DNA from: a virus
Taxonomy: Duplodnaviria > Caudoviricetes
Length of the DNA stretch: 63,449 nucleotides
Virus record (IMG/VR): IMGVR_UViG_3300012986_000064
Location: 1-63,449 of that record
Direction: 5' to 3' (one strand)
Shown: positions 28,042 to 36,260 of the stretch, one piece after another
How the letters are laid out: every line of letters begins with the position of its first letter
Position numbering within the stretch: the stretch's first letter is position 1
Position numbers and translations under genes: made by a program
Notes under the pieces: generated by a model
The model's input: the letters and a program-made list of their open reading frames with translations, nothing else
The model's database searches: none
What the model was told of the DNA's origin: nothing

Positions 28042-28080
28042 GCTAAGCGACGAAAAAGCCCCAGCTTGTGGAGCTGAGGC
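28042..28080 (-). repeat. Terminator-promoter unit copy 4 (degenerate)
   Basis: + strand GCTAAGCGACGAAAAAGCCCCAGCTTGTGGAGCTGAGGC. Confidence 0.8.
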
Positions 28081-28095
28081 CAATGAATGGCGCCC

Positions 28096-28902
28096 TTAAC
28101 GAGTAGGTGGAACAGTAGGGGGCCCCAGCCCTTCCAACTGATAGAACAAGGCACTAAGGAACGAGAGCCACTCTAGCGCCCGGTTCACCTCCTCTAGTTC
28201 CGTTAAATTGTGGGCGTAATGGTTGCGCAGAGCCTGCACCGAGCCTTGAAACAGATTCATAAACCCCATTTGTTCGTTTGGGTCGTGCGACAATAGTAGG
28301 AGCGGGTTCTTGGGGGAAAAAGCTGTTGTCATCAAGGTAGTTCCCGTGGTGGTGGGGAGGCCCGCTCGAACCTGCACGGCTTTGTCCAACGCAATACATA
28401 CGTCGAGTATGGCCTGCCGATAGTGACCGTTAGCGAATAGCGGGCCGGCCACCTTATGTACGACCGGGTGTAGATGGGCCAGCGATTGAAAATCGACGGT
28501 TTCTAATTCTGAAGTGTTGGCAAGGGGGTTTGATTGGTTGGATTCTTCAGCAGGTTCTTCTTCCTCAAATAGTATCTGCGTTTTTAGCAGCTGGAGCCAC
28601 TGTTCAAAAATATGCAGAACCGCCCGCCAGTCATCAATCGGTCCATGAATAGTCTGCTCCTTTGTAGCCAGGATTAATTTCCCTGCCTTAGGCGTAGAGT
28701 AGGTATAAAGCCGCATTTCCTTCCCCGTGTTGGCGCCACTGAAGACAACCTCTTTGGCTTCCACCAAAAAATAGAAGTCGCTCGCTTCATGAACTACCCT
28801 AATGGAGTTTTTTGTGGGCTCAACAATCTTAAACTCGCTCCATCTCAATCCCAAGCCCTTAACGGTATTGAGTAGAGAGTTTTTTTGATTTTGAAGAAAC
28901 AT
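28096..28902 (-). CDS. TIGR02391/Ymh HEPN-like domain protein with extra N-terminal domain
   Basis: LHPVV...LFANGHYRQAI...LMTTAFS...EQMGFMNLFQG...LRNHYAH (RxxxxH). Confidence 0.85.
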   Translation of the reverse strand: MFLQNQKNSLLNTVKGLGLRWSEFKIVEPTKNSIRVVHEASDFYFLVEAKEVVFSGANTGKEMRLYTYSTPKAGKLILATKEQTIHGPIDDWRAVLHIFEQWLQLLKTQILFEEEEPAEESNQSNPLANTSELETVDFQSLAHLHPVVHKVAGPLFANGHYRQAILDVCIALDKAVQVRAGLPTTTGTTLMTTAFSPKNPLLLLSHDPNEQMGFMNLFQGSVQALRNHYAHNLTELEEVNRALEWLSFLSALFYQLEGLGPPTVPPTR

Positions 28903-28925
28903 GGTAGGTATTACTTGGTCGGCAC

Positions 28926-28955
28926 CTCAATACCCAGACGGAAGGCTTCATTGAG
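28926..28955 (-). repeat. RHH 3'-tail remnant 3
   Basis: Translates LNEAFRLGIE versus KDEARRLGIE. Confidence 0.6.
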
Positions 28956-28975
28956 GGCTGGCCAATGAAGATAAT

Positions 28976-29398
28976 CTAAGAGGGCTTTTTGTTAAACCAT
29001 CCGCGCGCATAGGGGTGCAGGATAGGCGCTAAACTGCTGCCGGCAACCAAGGCAATGCCAGCGTACATCATAAGGTAATAAAGCCCTGTGTTCTTGTCTG
29101 GGATTGTCTGCCCTGTAATGAAGTTGGTGGCAATACCGATTAGTAACGAGCCAATTAGGCTACCTAAGGCCGAGAAAGCCGCTGTAAAAGGCGAGGTTTT
29201 GAGGTATTCTAGCTGAGCCGTCAGGTCATTGATAATAGCATCCTTCTCCTTAACCTTTTTTGCTTCCAGATTGTGAGAGTTTATAAGTTGACGGATTGCG
29301 ACATCGTTATTTTTTAATTCATCTGCAGCAATCTGAGATACGCCACCGCCTTCATAGATGAGCGAGGTATCCGGGTTTGGTATAACAACGGAGCCCAT
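28976..29398 (-). CDS. Coiled-coil + 2-TM protein
   Basis: Two hydrophobic helices; 3 nt downstream of partner gene. Confidence 0.75.
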   Translation of the reverse strand: MGSVVIPNPDTSLIYEGGGVSQIAADELKNNDVAIRQLINSHNLEAKKVKEKDAIINDLTAQLEYLKTSPFTAAFSALGSLIGSLLIGIATNFITGQTIPDKNTGLYYLMMYAGIALVAGSSLAPILHPYARGWFNKKPS

Positions 29399-29401
29399 AA
29401 C

Positions 29402-29761
29402 TTATTGCGATACAGTTTTTTTATACCAAGTGTAGTGCAGGGTTTTGCTAATGCTTTCTATATGATACACCCTATAACTGAAGTATAAGCCAATTTTTCG
29501 CGTTACATCAAGCCAACCCGTTAATAAGGGGTCATGATTGCCGACCCCCATTGGATTATTAAAGTTAAAAAACTTAATAATCAGCGTCTTTTCTCCTTCA
29601 GGTTCGGCCTCCAATCGATATGCATTGGTTTTGTCATCATTGAAAAAGACCAACTTGAATATTAAATCTTGTACCCTAAAGACGATTGGCTTATCGTCTA
29701 TTCCGATAACAGTACCGCTACCAAGTACTTCATATTCGCTTATATTAACTTGAATGTTCAT
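29402..29761 (-). CDS. DUF6864-like beta protein
   Basis: SGTVI...L.F.F..D...L.I.F.NFNN.MG.G...LYFSYRV...LHYTWY pattern. Confidence 0.65.
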   Translation of the reverse strand: MNIQVNISEYEVLGSGTVIGIDDKPIVFRVQDLIFKLVFFNDDKTNAYRLEAEPEGEKTLIIKFFNFNNPMGVGNHDPLLTGWLDVTRKIGLYFSYRVYHIESISKTLHYTWYKKTVSQ

Positions 29762-29818
29762 AGTTAGACAAAAACATTAAATTGGATGACGGTCTTTTTT
29801 GTAAACACTCTGGGCTGA

Positions 29819-29878
29819 CTATTCTATGCCAAGGCGGCGGGCCTCGTCCTTAATCAGTAGTCTTACCAACATAGACAT
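29819..29878 (-). repeat. RHH 3'-tail remnant 2 (mini-ORF MSMLVRLLIKDEARRLGIE*)
   Basis: 17/19 aa identical to the RHH C-terminus; nucleotide differences mostly synonymous. Confidence 0.9.
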
Positions 29879-29904
29879 TATAGTTTGCGAGGGCTGAGTT
29901 GGCC

Positions 29905-30657
29905 TTATTGCAACAGGTCAGTTGCAGAGGGTAGATGCAAAGCACCCTTTACAATTTGAGAAATAATCTCCTTTTGAATAATTGGGTATACTTCTTTAAT
30001 CCATTTCAAGCTCCCCTTCTGGATTTTGGCAAAAAGCTTTGATAACTTGCTAAAGGTTTCTCTTTTTGTGGAAGTGGTAATGCTATCCTTAATCTGCTCA
30101 GCTTCCTGTATTAAAGCCGTAATGCTTTCTTGATTGGCCTCGTCCCTTTTTGCCTCAAGCTGATAGATGACTTTAGTTATTGCTTCATCTAAAAGTAACT
30201 GCTGTTCAAGTGAAAAACTGTTCACAGTTGCATCCGCGTCGGCACTTTCAAACTTGGCATCAAAGTCTTCTTCGTACTTCTTCAGGATAGGGTCATCAAA
30301 TATTGTATTAATAGACCTATATTCATCAACTAACCCCAACCATTGAGTTAAGACTTTGCCAAATGATTCCACCTTCATTGTTACAACAAGCCGGTTAATA
30401 TCTACTTCACTTGCTGGTATGTACGCAGCTAGTAGGTGAAGTGCGCCATCTCTTACCTCTGCTTTATTAAGACTGAAGCTGAATCTAGAACCTTCGTCAT
30501 TATCCCATATAGTGAATAGTCCCTCATCTTTGCTTGTGTCGATAACATAGTGTCCAGACCTAAGTCTTTCATTAAACGGCTCAAGCGCCTTTAATAATGC
30601 GAGCGGAATTTCCTTTTTCATGTTGACTGCTATGGTTGATAAGTGGGAGCTTGACAT
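29905..30657 (-). CDS. Hypothetical protein (alpha/beta N-domain + helical C-domain)
   Basis: AT-rich 250-aa ORF preceded by a terminator-promoter unit. Confidence 0.8.
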   Translation of the reverse strand: MSSSHLSTIAVNMKKEIPLALLKALEPFNERLRSGHYVIDTSKDEGLFTIWDNDEGSRFSFSLNKAEVRDGALHLLAAYIPASEVDINRLVVTMKVESFGKVLTQWLGLVDEYRSINTIFDDPILKKYEEDFDAKFESADADATVNSFSLEQQLLLDEAITKVIYQLEAKRDEANQESITALIQEAEQIKDSITTSTKRETFSKLSKLFAKIQKGSLKWIKEVYPIIQKEIISQIVKGALHLPSATDLLQ

Positions 30658-30711
30658 GCCGTTGTATGTGAAGCTAGCATATGCTTAGCTAACGCGCTTT
30701 GGCAAGGTGCT

Positions 30712-30755
30712 GCCAATCTACGAAAAAGCCCCAGCTTGTGGGGCCAGGGCTTTTT
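30712..30755 (-). repeat. Terminator-promoter unit copy 5
   Basis: + strand GCCAATCTACGAAAAAGCCCCAGCTTGTGGGGCCAGGGCTTTTT. Confidence 0.9.
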
Positions 30756-30765
30756 GTACATCTTA

Positions 30766-31209
30766 TTAAACGGTTATTTTAAGTTCGGGCTCTCCCTTTT
30801 TCTTTTTCGTAAAAACGAGCTTTTGCTTCTTAGCATCCGGAGCCACTTTGTAAAGCCCTTCGTCCATTGTAATGGCATCAATGACTTTGTTCAAAAACTC
30901 GGTTCTGGCCTCCCTGGTAATGTTCTCGCTCCCTTCAGGCCCGGTTTTAGGGTGAACATACATCAGGTACAAGCAATTCTCCTTGATTATGGCAAGGAAA
31001 TAAACCCTGTATCCACCGCTGCCCTTAATGCGCTTTTTTACATAAGGCATGGTTTCCGAAGCGTTCAGTAGCGTACCGTTTCGTGCTTCAGCAATCGTCT
31101 TGCCATGAAAATGCTTCAAAACTTCAGCTTCTAGCGAAGCATACGACTTGTACTTGCTTAGCTTCTCAATCTCAACCTTAAAATCATCTAGGCAATACAA
31201 GTCTAGCAT
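30766..31209 (-). CDS. RelE/HigB-like toxin
   Basis: F...I.KL...Y.SL..E...KKRI.GSGGYRVYF...LYLMYVHPK. Confidence 0.7.
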   Translation of the reverse strand: MLDLYCLDDFKVEIEKLSKYKSYASLEAEVLKHFHGKTIAEARNGTLLNASETMPYVKKRIKGSGGYRVYFLAIIKENCLYLMYVHPKTGPEGSENITREARTEFLNKVIDAITMDEGLYKVAPDAKKQKLVFTKKKKGEPELKITV

Positions 31210-31691
31210 AGGCTTTCCAGTCTTTTGTTGGCATTCTGGAAATCCTCGTCTTGCGGCAAGACAAATACGACATCGTGTAGGTCAGCTGCAAGCTCTTTGA
31301 AATCATCAATTGTTGATTTGAATTCGGTGAGTTCTGCTTTCCCTATTTTATGTGTAGCAAAATAACGGCTGACAAGAACGTAGTTTTTCACCAGTAGGCT
31401 GTGCAAACTGTGCATCAGGCCGACGATTTTCCGCATATCCGCCAAAAACTCTTCAGTGGGGTTTGACAATGACCACGTAAAGGCTTCCAGCTTCGGCATA
31501 ATATCCTCTAAATCATTTATCGTTTCTCTCATATATTCTTTCCTATACAAGATGCCATCAAGGAAGTCATTAACCTTCTTCTCCAGCTCGGCAGCTTTTG
31601 AAGTTTCCCTGACAGTGACTTTTTCGAACGCTCCAAAAATTGATTGGAGTTGCTCTTTCTGTCCTGTCCGGTCGATAACGAGTTCGCTCAT
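31203..31691 (-). CDS. Putative antitoxin, all-helical, no HTH
   Basis: Overlaps the toxin start; acidic coiled-coil protein. Confidence 0.55.
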   Translation of the reverse strand: MSELVIDRTGQKEQLQSIFGAFEKVTVRETSKAAELEKKVNDFLDGILYRKEYMRETINDLEDIMPKLEAFTWSLSNPTEEFLADMRKIVGLMHSLHSLLVKNYVLVSRYFATHKIGKAELTEFKSTIDDFKELAADLHDVVFVLPQDEDFQNANKRLESLC

Positions 31692-31845
31692 AATACAGTC
31701 GTTGCAATGCCCAAAAGTGGGCTAAAGATAGTTTTTTGTGACCGAGTTGAATCGGGTCCCCTACAAATGTAACGGCTCAACGCATTCCCCAAACTATTTG
31801 TTCGAACATCTTAGACCATTGGAGAGGTCCAAGTGCTAGGGCTGG

Positions 31846-31881
31846 CTACTCGATGCCTAAGCGGCGGGCTTCGTCCTTAAT
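31846..31881 (-). repeat. RHH 3'-tail remnant 1
   Basis: ATTAAGGACGAAGCCCGCCGCTTAGGCATCGAGTAG = IKDEARRLGIE*, only synonymous differences from 20930-20965. Confidence 0.9.
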
Positions 31882-31882
31882 A

Positions 31883-32158
31883 CTACTCTGCTGGCCATCT
31901 GCTGTAGAACGCACGACAAACAGCAGCCGCAGGAAATGCAGCCAGTATATGCCACGCCGATATTTCGGATACGGCCATATAAGCCGCAACTTGAAACAGG
32001 CTGAGATAGAAGCCCGCGCAGAAGTCGCAGCGCTTCATCAGCCACGCGGGGCGCCGGACCTCCCAGGCCTGGAGCCAGCCCCACTTCGCAAAGCAGAGCA
32101 GCAGGGTAGCCGACGTGAGGCCGGCGAGCAGGGCGAGGGTTAGTAGTTGGGTGAGCAT
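31883..32158 (-). CDS. Small membrane protein with CxxC (CDFC), structural-module gene
   Basis: MLTQLLTLALLAG...RCDFCAGFY; hydrophobic. Confidence 0.7.
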   Translation of the reverse strand: MLTQLLTLALLAGLTSATLLLCFAKWGWLQAWEVRRPAWLMKRCDFCAGFYLSLFQVAAYMAVSEISAWHILAAFPAAAVCRAFYSRWPAE

Positions 32159-32227
32159 AGTCGTGTAAATTGGGCTATGGGAAAAGAACGCCAGGCCGGA
32201 ATTGCGGGGGAAAACATCACAATCAGG

Positions 32228-32404
32228 ATGATTCCCGAGTTTGAGTTGAGCGCGGAAGTGGACCGCCAAACCGCAGCTTGGGGGGCGTTAGATGACTTAG
32301 ACAAAGGCCTGAGTCCTGACGACGTGTACACGATTTACGGGCTTAGCGTCGCAGATATTGAGCCTTACCGGGCTACTTGGCCCAGCAGGCGCCCTTTAGC
32401 ATAG
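32228..32404 (+). CDS. Possible 58-aa antisense-oriented moron
   Basis: MIPEFELSAEVDRQ...; fills the gap between two minus-strand genes. Confidence 0.4.
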   Translation: MIPEFELSAEVDRQTAAWGALDDLDKGLSPDDVYTIYGLSVADIEPYRATWPSRRPLA

Positions 32405-32968
32405 CATGTTCAGCACGTGCAGCTCCAGCTGAATCCGAAAGCCGCAGAAGGGATGCCGTAAAAACTGCTCATCAACGGTGTCGACGCTGAAGCCGCGATA
32501 CACCTCTTCAGCGCTGGTAAATACCCGCTTGATAAGGACCCCGCCTTCCTGGTTGAGCACCCGCAGCACATCCTGCAGCAGCTCCGCTTCGAAGCGGTAC
32601 GGCTTGGTAGGGTCTATCTTTTTCAGGTTGCACCAGAATATCAGGTCGCAGTCCATGCGCAGGCCCACGCTGGGCCCGGGCTCATCGGCTAGGTTGGTGG
32701 CCGGGTCGCGCGGGTAGAAAAACGACTGGGCGGCCACGTTGTCGTTGGGCAGCACGTCGCGGTACTCGCCGTTGCCGTGGTACACCTCCGGGAAGGTGAT
32801 GAGCTTATTGCCTTGCTTCTTGCCGCCGCGGGTGGCGCGGCCGTAGCTCACCGCCAGCCAGGACAGTTCGGCGGCCAGGGCCAACTGCAGGCGCTGAATC
32901 TCGGCGTCAAAGCCCACCGGTGCGGGCAGGGTGGGAGCGAAGGGGGCGGTGTAGGAAACGGCAGCCAT
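32396..32968 (-). CDS. Tail completion/terminator-like protein
   Basis: Size and position in the neck module. Confidence 0.55.
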   Translation of the reverse strand: MAAVSYTAPFAPTLPAPVGFDAEIQRLQLALAAELSWLAVSYGRATRGGKKQGNKLITFPEVYHGNGEYRDVLPNDNVAAQSFFYPRDPATNLADEPGPSVGLRMDCDLIFWCNLKKIDPTKPYRFEAELLQDVLRVLNQEGGVLIKRVFTSAEEVYRGFSVDTVDEQFLRHPFCGFRIQLELHVLNMLC

Positions 32969-33303
32969 TAGTTACCTGAAAAAGGGACAATACTGGAAAA
33001 GGGAAACACAGTGCGTACACGCTGGCCTTTGCGGAATTGCCGAAAGGCTTTCTGTACTTCGGAAAAATGAGCCTGCAGGTAGATGTATTCCCCCCGCCAG
33101 CGCAGGTAGCACCGCGGCTCGGGCATATCCTCCATCATGTGGCCGGGAACCGTGCCCACGTAATGCACATCTTCCCACGCCCACACGCCAATTGCACACG
33201 TCAGGTCGCAGTCCTCGCCGTTCAGCCAGTAATGCCGGCCCGTAAACATGGTGCCGTCATCAAGCTGCTTAAACGTCGACTGCGGTTCTTGCTGGTCAAT
33301 CAT
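32968..33303 (-). CDS. Hypothetical protein (111 aa)
   Basis: Start/stop overlaps with both neighbours. Confidence 0.65.
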   Translation of the reverse strand: MIDQQEPQSTFKQLDDGTMFTGRHYWLNGEDCDLTCAIGVWAWEDVHYVGTVPGHMMEDMPEPRCYLRWRGEYIYLQAHFSEVQKAFRQFRKGQRVRTVFPFSSIVPFSGN

Positions 33304-33743
33304 AGTCCTAATTCGTCACGGGTTTTCTCCAGCAGCTCAGGTTTCACGTAGTCCTGCCGAAACTCTTCCAGGGCCGCATCGGAGAGGCCCAGAATGTCTT
33401 CGCCGTACTTCCCCGTCAGGCCCGGCGTTTTAACATCGGTGCCCACCATCTCGACTTCCCCGCTGCGCACGTCGGCCACGATACCGGAGTAGAAGTCGCC
33501 CTCGTCGCGCAAGGTAACACGGTCCACGGGCTGACCTTTCAGCTGTTTTATCGCCCTGGTGAGGGGGGCATATTCCGGCGTAATGTCCTGCCCATCGGCA
33601 TCTTTTCCCTGAGCCAGCTGCGCCGTGTTGGCATCCTCCAGCACGTGCCGGTTCGCGTCTACCACGTCGGCCGTGGCAGCTTCGAGGGTAGCCGGCAGCC
33701 GCTTCAGGGCCTGGGCAAGCGCTTCGAGGCGGGCGAGGCTCAT
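33300..33743 (-). CDS. Neck/tail-completion protein (gp10-like)
   Basis: VTLRDEGDFYSGI...KYGEDILGL pattern; position. Confidence 0.65.
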   Translation of the reverse strand: MSLARLEALAQALKRLPATLEAATADVVDANRHVLEDANTAQLAQGKDADGQDITPEYAPLTRAIKQLKGQPVDRVTLRDEGDFYSGIVADVRSGEVEMVGTDVKTPGLTGKYGEDILGLSDAALEEFRQDYVKPELLEKTRDELGL

Positions 33744-34087
33744 AGGGTTTTGATATACTGCATGTAGCCTTCGTGGCCCGCCATGAAGGGTGCAAATCCT
33801 AGCGATTTATAAAGCCGCTGAGCTCCCTCGTTTTTATCGGCAACCGTCAGAGCCACCAGTGTTTTTCCCATCTCGCGGCACAAATCAAAAGCCCGGTTCA
33901 GCAGCTGTTTGCCAACTCCTTTGCCTCGGTACGGTTCCTCCACAAACAGCGCGCCTATCCAGCCAGCGGGCTCGTTAATCTCAAGCCTGAGCATACCTAC
34001 AGGTTGCAAGCCTTTGTTGTGCGCAAACACATAGATGGCCGTTGGCTTATCCGTGTCGATTTGAACGCTGAGCTCTGAAAGGGTCAT
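33740..34087 (-). CDS. GNAT acetyltransferase
   Basis: LFVEEPYRGKGVGKQLL, LTV...NEGAQRLYKSLGF. Confidence 0.9.
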   Translation of the reverse strand: MTLSELSVQIDTDKPTAIYVFAHNKGLQPVGMLRLEINEPAGWIGALFVEEPYRGKGVGKQLLNRAFDLCREMGKTLVALTVADKNEGAQRLYKSLGFAPFMAGHEGYMQYIKTL

Positions 34088-34091
34088 GGGA

Positions 34092-34457
34092 TTAGGGCCT
34101 GAGGTCAGTATAGCGATAACCTTGAAATCCAGTGTGGGGAATAGGCTCATCCAGTGGATGCCAGTTGGCCAGAATAAGACTTTGGGTGGTGCGCTCTTTG
34201 CCGATGCCGTGCCGTTCGCGCCAATTCTCGGTAAGGTCGGTGTCTACGATGTCTAAGTAGCCCCGAATGAGCCCGTCGTATATCATGAAGCACTGCGCAC
34301 CGGTGCCGCTCTGCGTCGGCAGGCGCTGGCAGTTCACCAGCCAGAACCACTCGCCATCACCCCAGTCTGTGGTGCCGTCGCACCGGCGAAGTACCCGTTC
34401 GGCGGTGGGCCAATCCGGGTACTTGCTCTTAGGTATGGTAGTCAGGACGTTTTTCAC
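34092..34457 (-). CDS. Hypothetical protein (121 aa)
   Basis: Coupled to the upstream gene; ends GFQGYRY. Confidence 0.65.
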   Translation of the reverse strand: MKNVLTTIPKSKYPDWPTAERVLRRCDGTTDWGDGEWFWLVNCQRLPTQSGTGAQCFMIYDGLIRGYLDIVDTDLTENWRERHGIGKERTTQSLILANWHPLDEPIPHTGFQGYRYTDLRP

Positions 34458-34966
34458 CGGCCGTGAACTGCATCGTACTTATCCCAATTGAACGGCGGCG
34501 ATTCAACCGGCAAGAGCGGCCCGCGGCTCTTGCGGTAGTCCTCAAACATGCTGGTAAGCGCGCAGTGGGCTACACATTCGGGCACTGTAGAGCACTCGCA
34601 ATTAGGGTCCTTAGGATTGTAGCGCTCCTTGGCTTCTGCCAAGTAACTGCTAGGCTCCTTGAACTGTATAGCAGTACCAGCTGCGTCGTAGGTGGCTTCG
34701 AAAATATCAGGCTTGCAGGGGTAATATTCTCCCTTGACGCCCTTAATGATATAGTCGCCCTCTGTGGCTAACATCTCGCCCTCCAACGTGGGGATGAGGG
34801 CCCCAATCTTGGTGTTATCAGATGGGTGCTCTGTCAGAGAGCCATCTGGATTGATACAGGTGCCGCGGAAGCCTTCGACTTTTACAAAGTCACAAATAGC
34901 CCCCCAGTTTTCCCAAGTGAGCTGAATGGCTTGAACTACTACAGGTTTCTTTCTGAAAAGTGGCAT
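34454..34966 (-). CDS. Common phage protein (KKPVV..A...TLEG...GDYII.GV.GE.YPCKPDIF..TY family)
   Basis: Motif recognised by eye. Confidence 0.75.
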   Translation of the reverse strand: MPLFRKKPVVVQAIQLTWENWGAICDFVKVEGFRGTCINPDGSLTEHPSDNTKIGALIPTLEGEMLATEGDYIIKGVKGEYYPCKPDIFEATYDAAGTAIQFKEPSSYLAEAKERYNPKDPNCECSTVPECVAHCALTSMFEDYRKSRGPLLPVESPPFNWDKYDAVHGR

Positions 34967-34992
34967 GATGAAAAGGTGAGAAATGGTGAATG

Positions 34993-36138
34993 TTAAATAG
35001 CCCCAACCCGCACGCCTGATTTCGGTGCACAGGGCAGGCACGGCCGCGACACGCCCGACAAGTCCACATCGAGGGCTTCCAGCGCCGTGGTCAGCCGCGA
35101 GAGCATGCCCGGCTGGTAGTCTGGCCGGTTGTTAAGCTCCAGCAAAGCCAGCTTCTGCACCTGAGCGCTCACGCCGTTGTTGCGGGTCGTATTGGCCATC
35201 AGGCTCAGCAGGTCGCAGCCCAGCTGCAGGCGCAGCGCTTCAGCAAACAATGCCTTGTGGGCGCAGAAGTAGCTGCTCAGGTCGCACACGGCCGAAAGCT
35301 TCAGGTTCAGGCCGAAGTTGGAGCCCGTGACGTAGCTCACGCTGCCGTCGCCGGGTAGTTCGTCGGTGTCGGCCGCGGCTTCTGCCGTAAAGGCCCGCAC
35401 CTGCACCATAGGCGCCCACTTATCGAAGTACTTGTAATCGTCGTTGCAACTCTGGCAGGGCCGGCGGCTAAAGTCGGCCTCCAGGTCGATGGCTTGCCCC
35501 ACCAAATCATCTTCGAAGTAGCCCAGCCGGTATTCCCCACGGTCCAGGCCGGCGGGCAGCGGGATGGTCAGCGGCGTCCATTCGAAGTACACCGTCTGGT
35601 TGCGTGGCACGTCGAACGTGGCCACAGGCAGGGCGCTGCTGGAATGGTACAGGTACAGCCGGAAATCCGGGTTTACCTCGGTGAACTGCGTGCCGAGACC
35701 CGTGATGCTAACGGCCACGTCGGTACCGGATACCTGCCGCAGCGCGAGGCCCACGAAACGGCCCTGCTTGATGACTTTGCGGCGGTAGGTGCCACTCTGG
35801 CCAGTCAGTTGCGTGTCAGCCAGCACGGTTTTGCCCGCGCCGGTGAGCTTCTTCCGGGCGGCAAAGGCTTCGACTACCTTGCCCGCGGCCGCACGTCGGG
35901 CCTGGTCGAGGTAGGCGCTGAACTGAGCGGCAGTATCAGCACCTGCAGCGGGTACTTCGGGCGCCGCCTGCGCAATGTTCTGAATAGTCAGCAGCGGGTG
36001 AACGTCCTGCACGGCCACACCGCCATCTGCAATCAGCAGGGCGTCGGCCAGCTGGGGCGCATCGGGCGAGCCTTCGGGCGACTGCCGGAAACCCAGCAGC
36101 GGGGCTAGGCAGGCAATAACAGTAGCGGGGGTGTACAC
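34993..36138 (-). CDS. Head-tail connector-like structural protein
   Basis: First gene after the capsid; 381 aa. Confidence 0.6.
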   Translation of the reverse strand: MYTPATVIACLAPLLGFRQSPEGSPDAPQLADALLIADGGVAVQDVHPLLTIQNIAQAAPEVPAAGADTAAQFSAYLDQARRAAAGKVVEAFAARKKLTGAGKTVLADTQLTGQSGTYRRKVIKQGRFVGLALRQVSGTDVAVSITGLGTQFTEVNPDFRLYLYHSSSALPVATFDVPRNQTVYFEWTPLTIPLPAGLDRGEYRLGYFEDDLVGQAIDLEADFSRRPCQSCNDDYKYFDKWAPMVQVRAFTAEAAADTDELPGDGSVSYVTGSNFGLNLKLSAVCDLSSYFCAHKALFAEALRLQLGCDLLSLMANTTRNNGVSAQVQKLALLELNNRPDYQPGMLSRLTTALEALDVDLSGVSRPCLPCAPKSGVRVGAI

Positions 36139-36173
36139 GGCAGTGAATTATGAGTGATAAATGGCTAGAAGGC

Positions 36174-36205
36174 AAAAAAGGCCGGCCCAGTGGACCGGCC
36201 CTTTC
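36174..36205 (-). terminator. Intrinsic terminator after the major capsid gene
   Basis: Minus strand GGCCGG-TCCACTGGG-CCGGCC TTTTTT. Confidence 0.75.
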
Positions 36206-36260
36206 TCACCTTTTTTCTGCAATACACCAACTGCCGAGGCAGCCGGATGGGGGTGAACTA

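Noticed and set aside
22833-31881. Classical integron
   Set aside because: No GTTRRRY/RYYYAAC attC structure recognised; the integrase is a distant phage-type enzyme
22684-32183. Short match ttgggc..tgggaaaaga..gcca at ~22684-22709 and ~32170-32193 as an array-bounding direct repeat
   Set aside because: Only a 10-nt exact core, pyrimidine-rich on the minus strand, and the second copy lies beyond gene 31883-32158; likely chance
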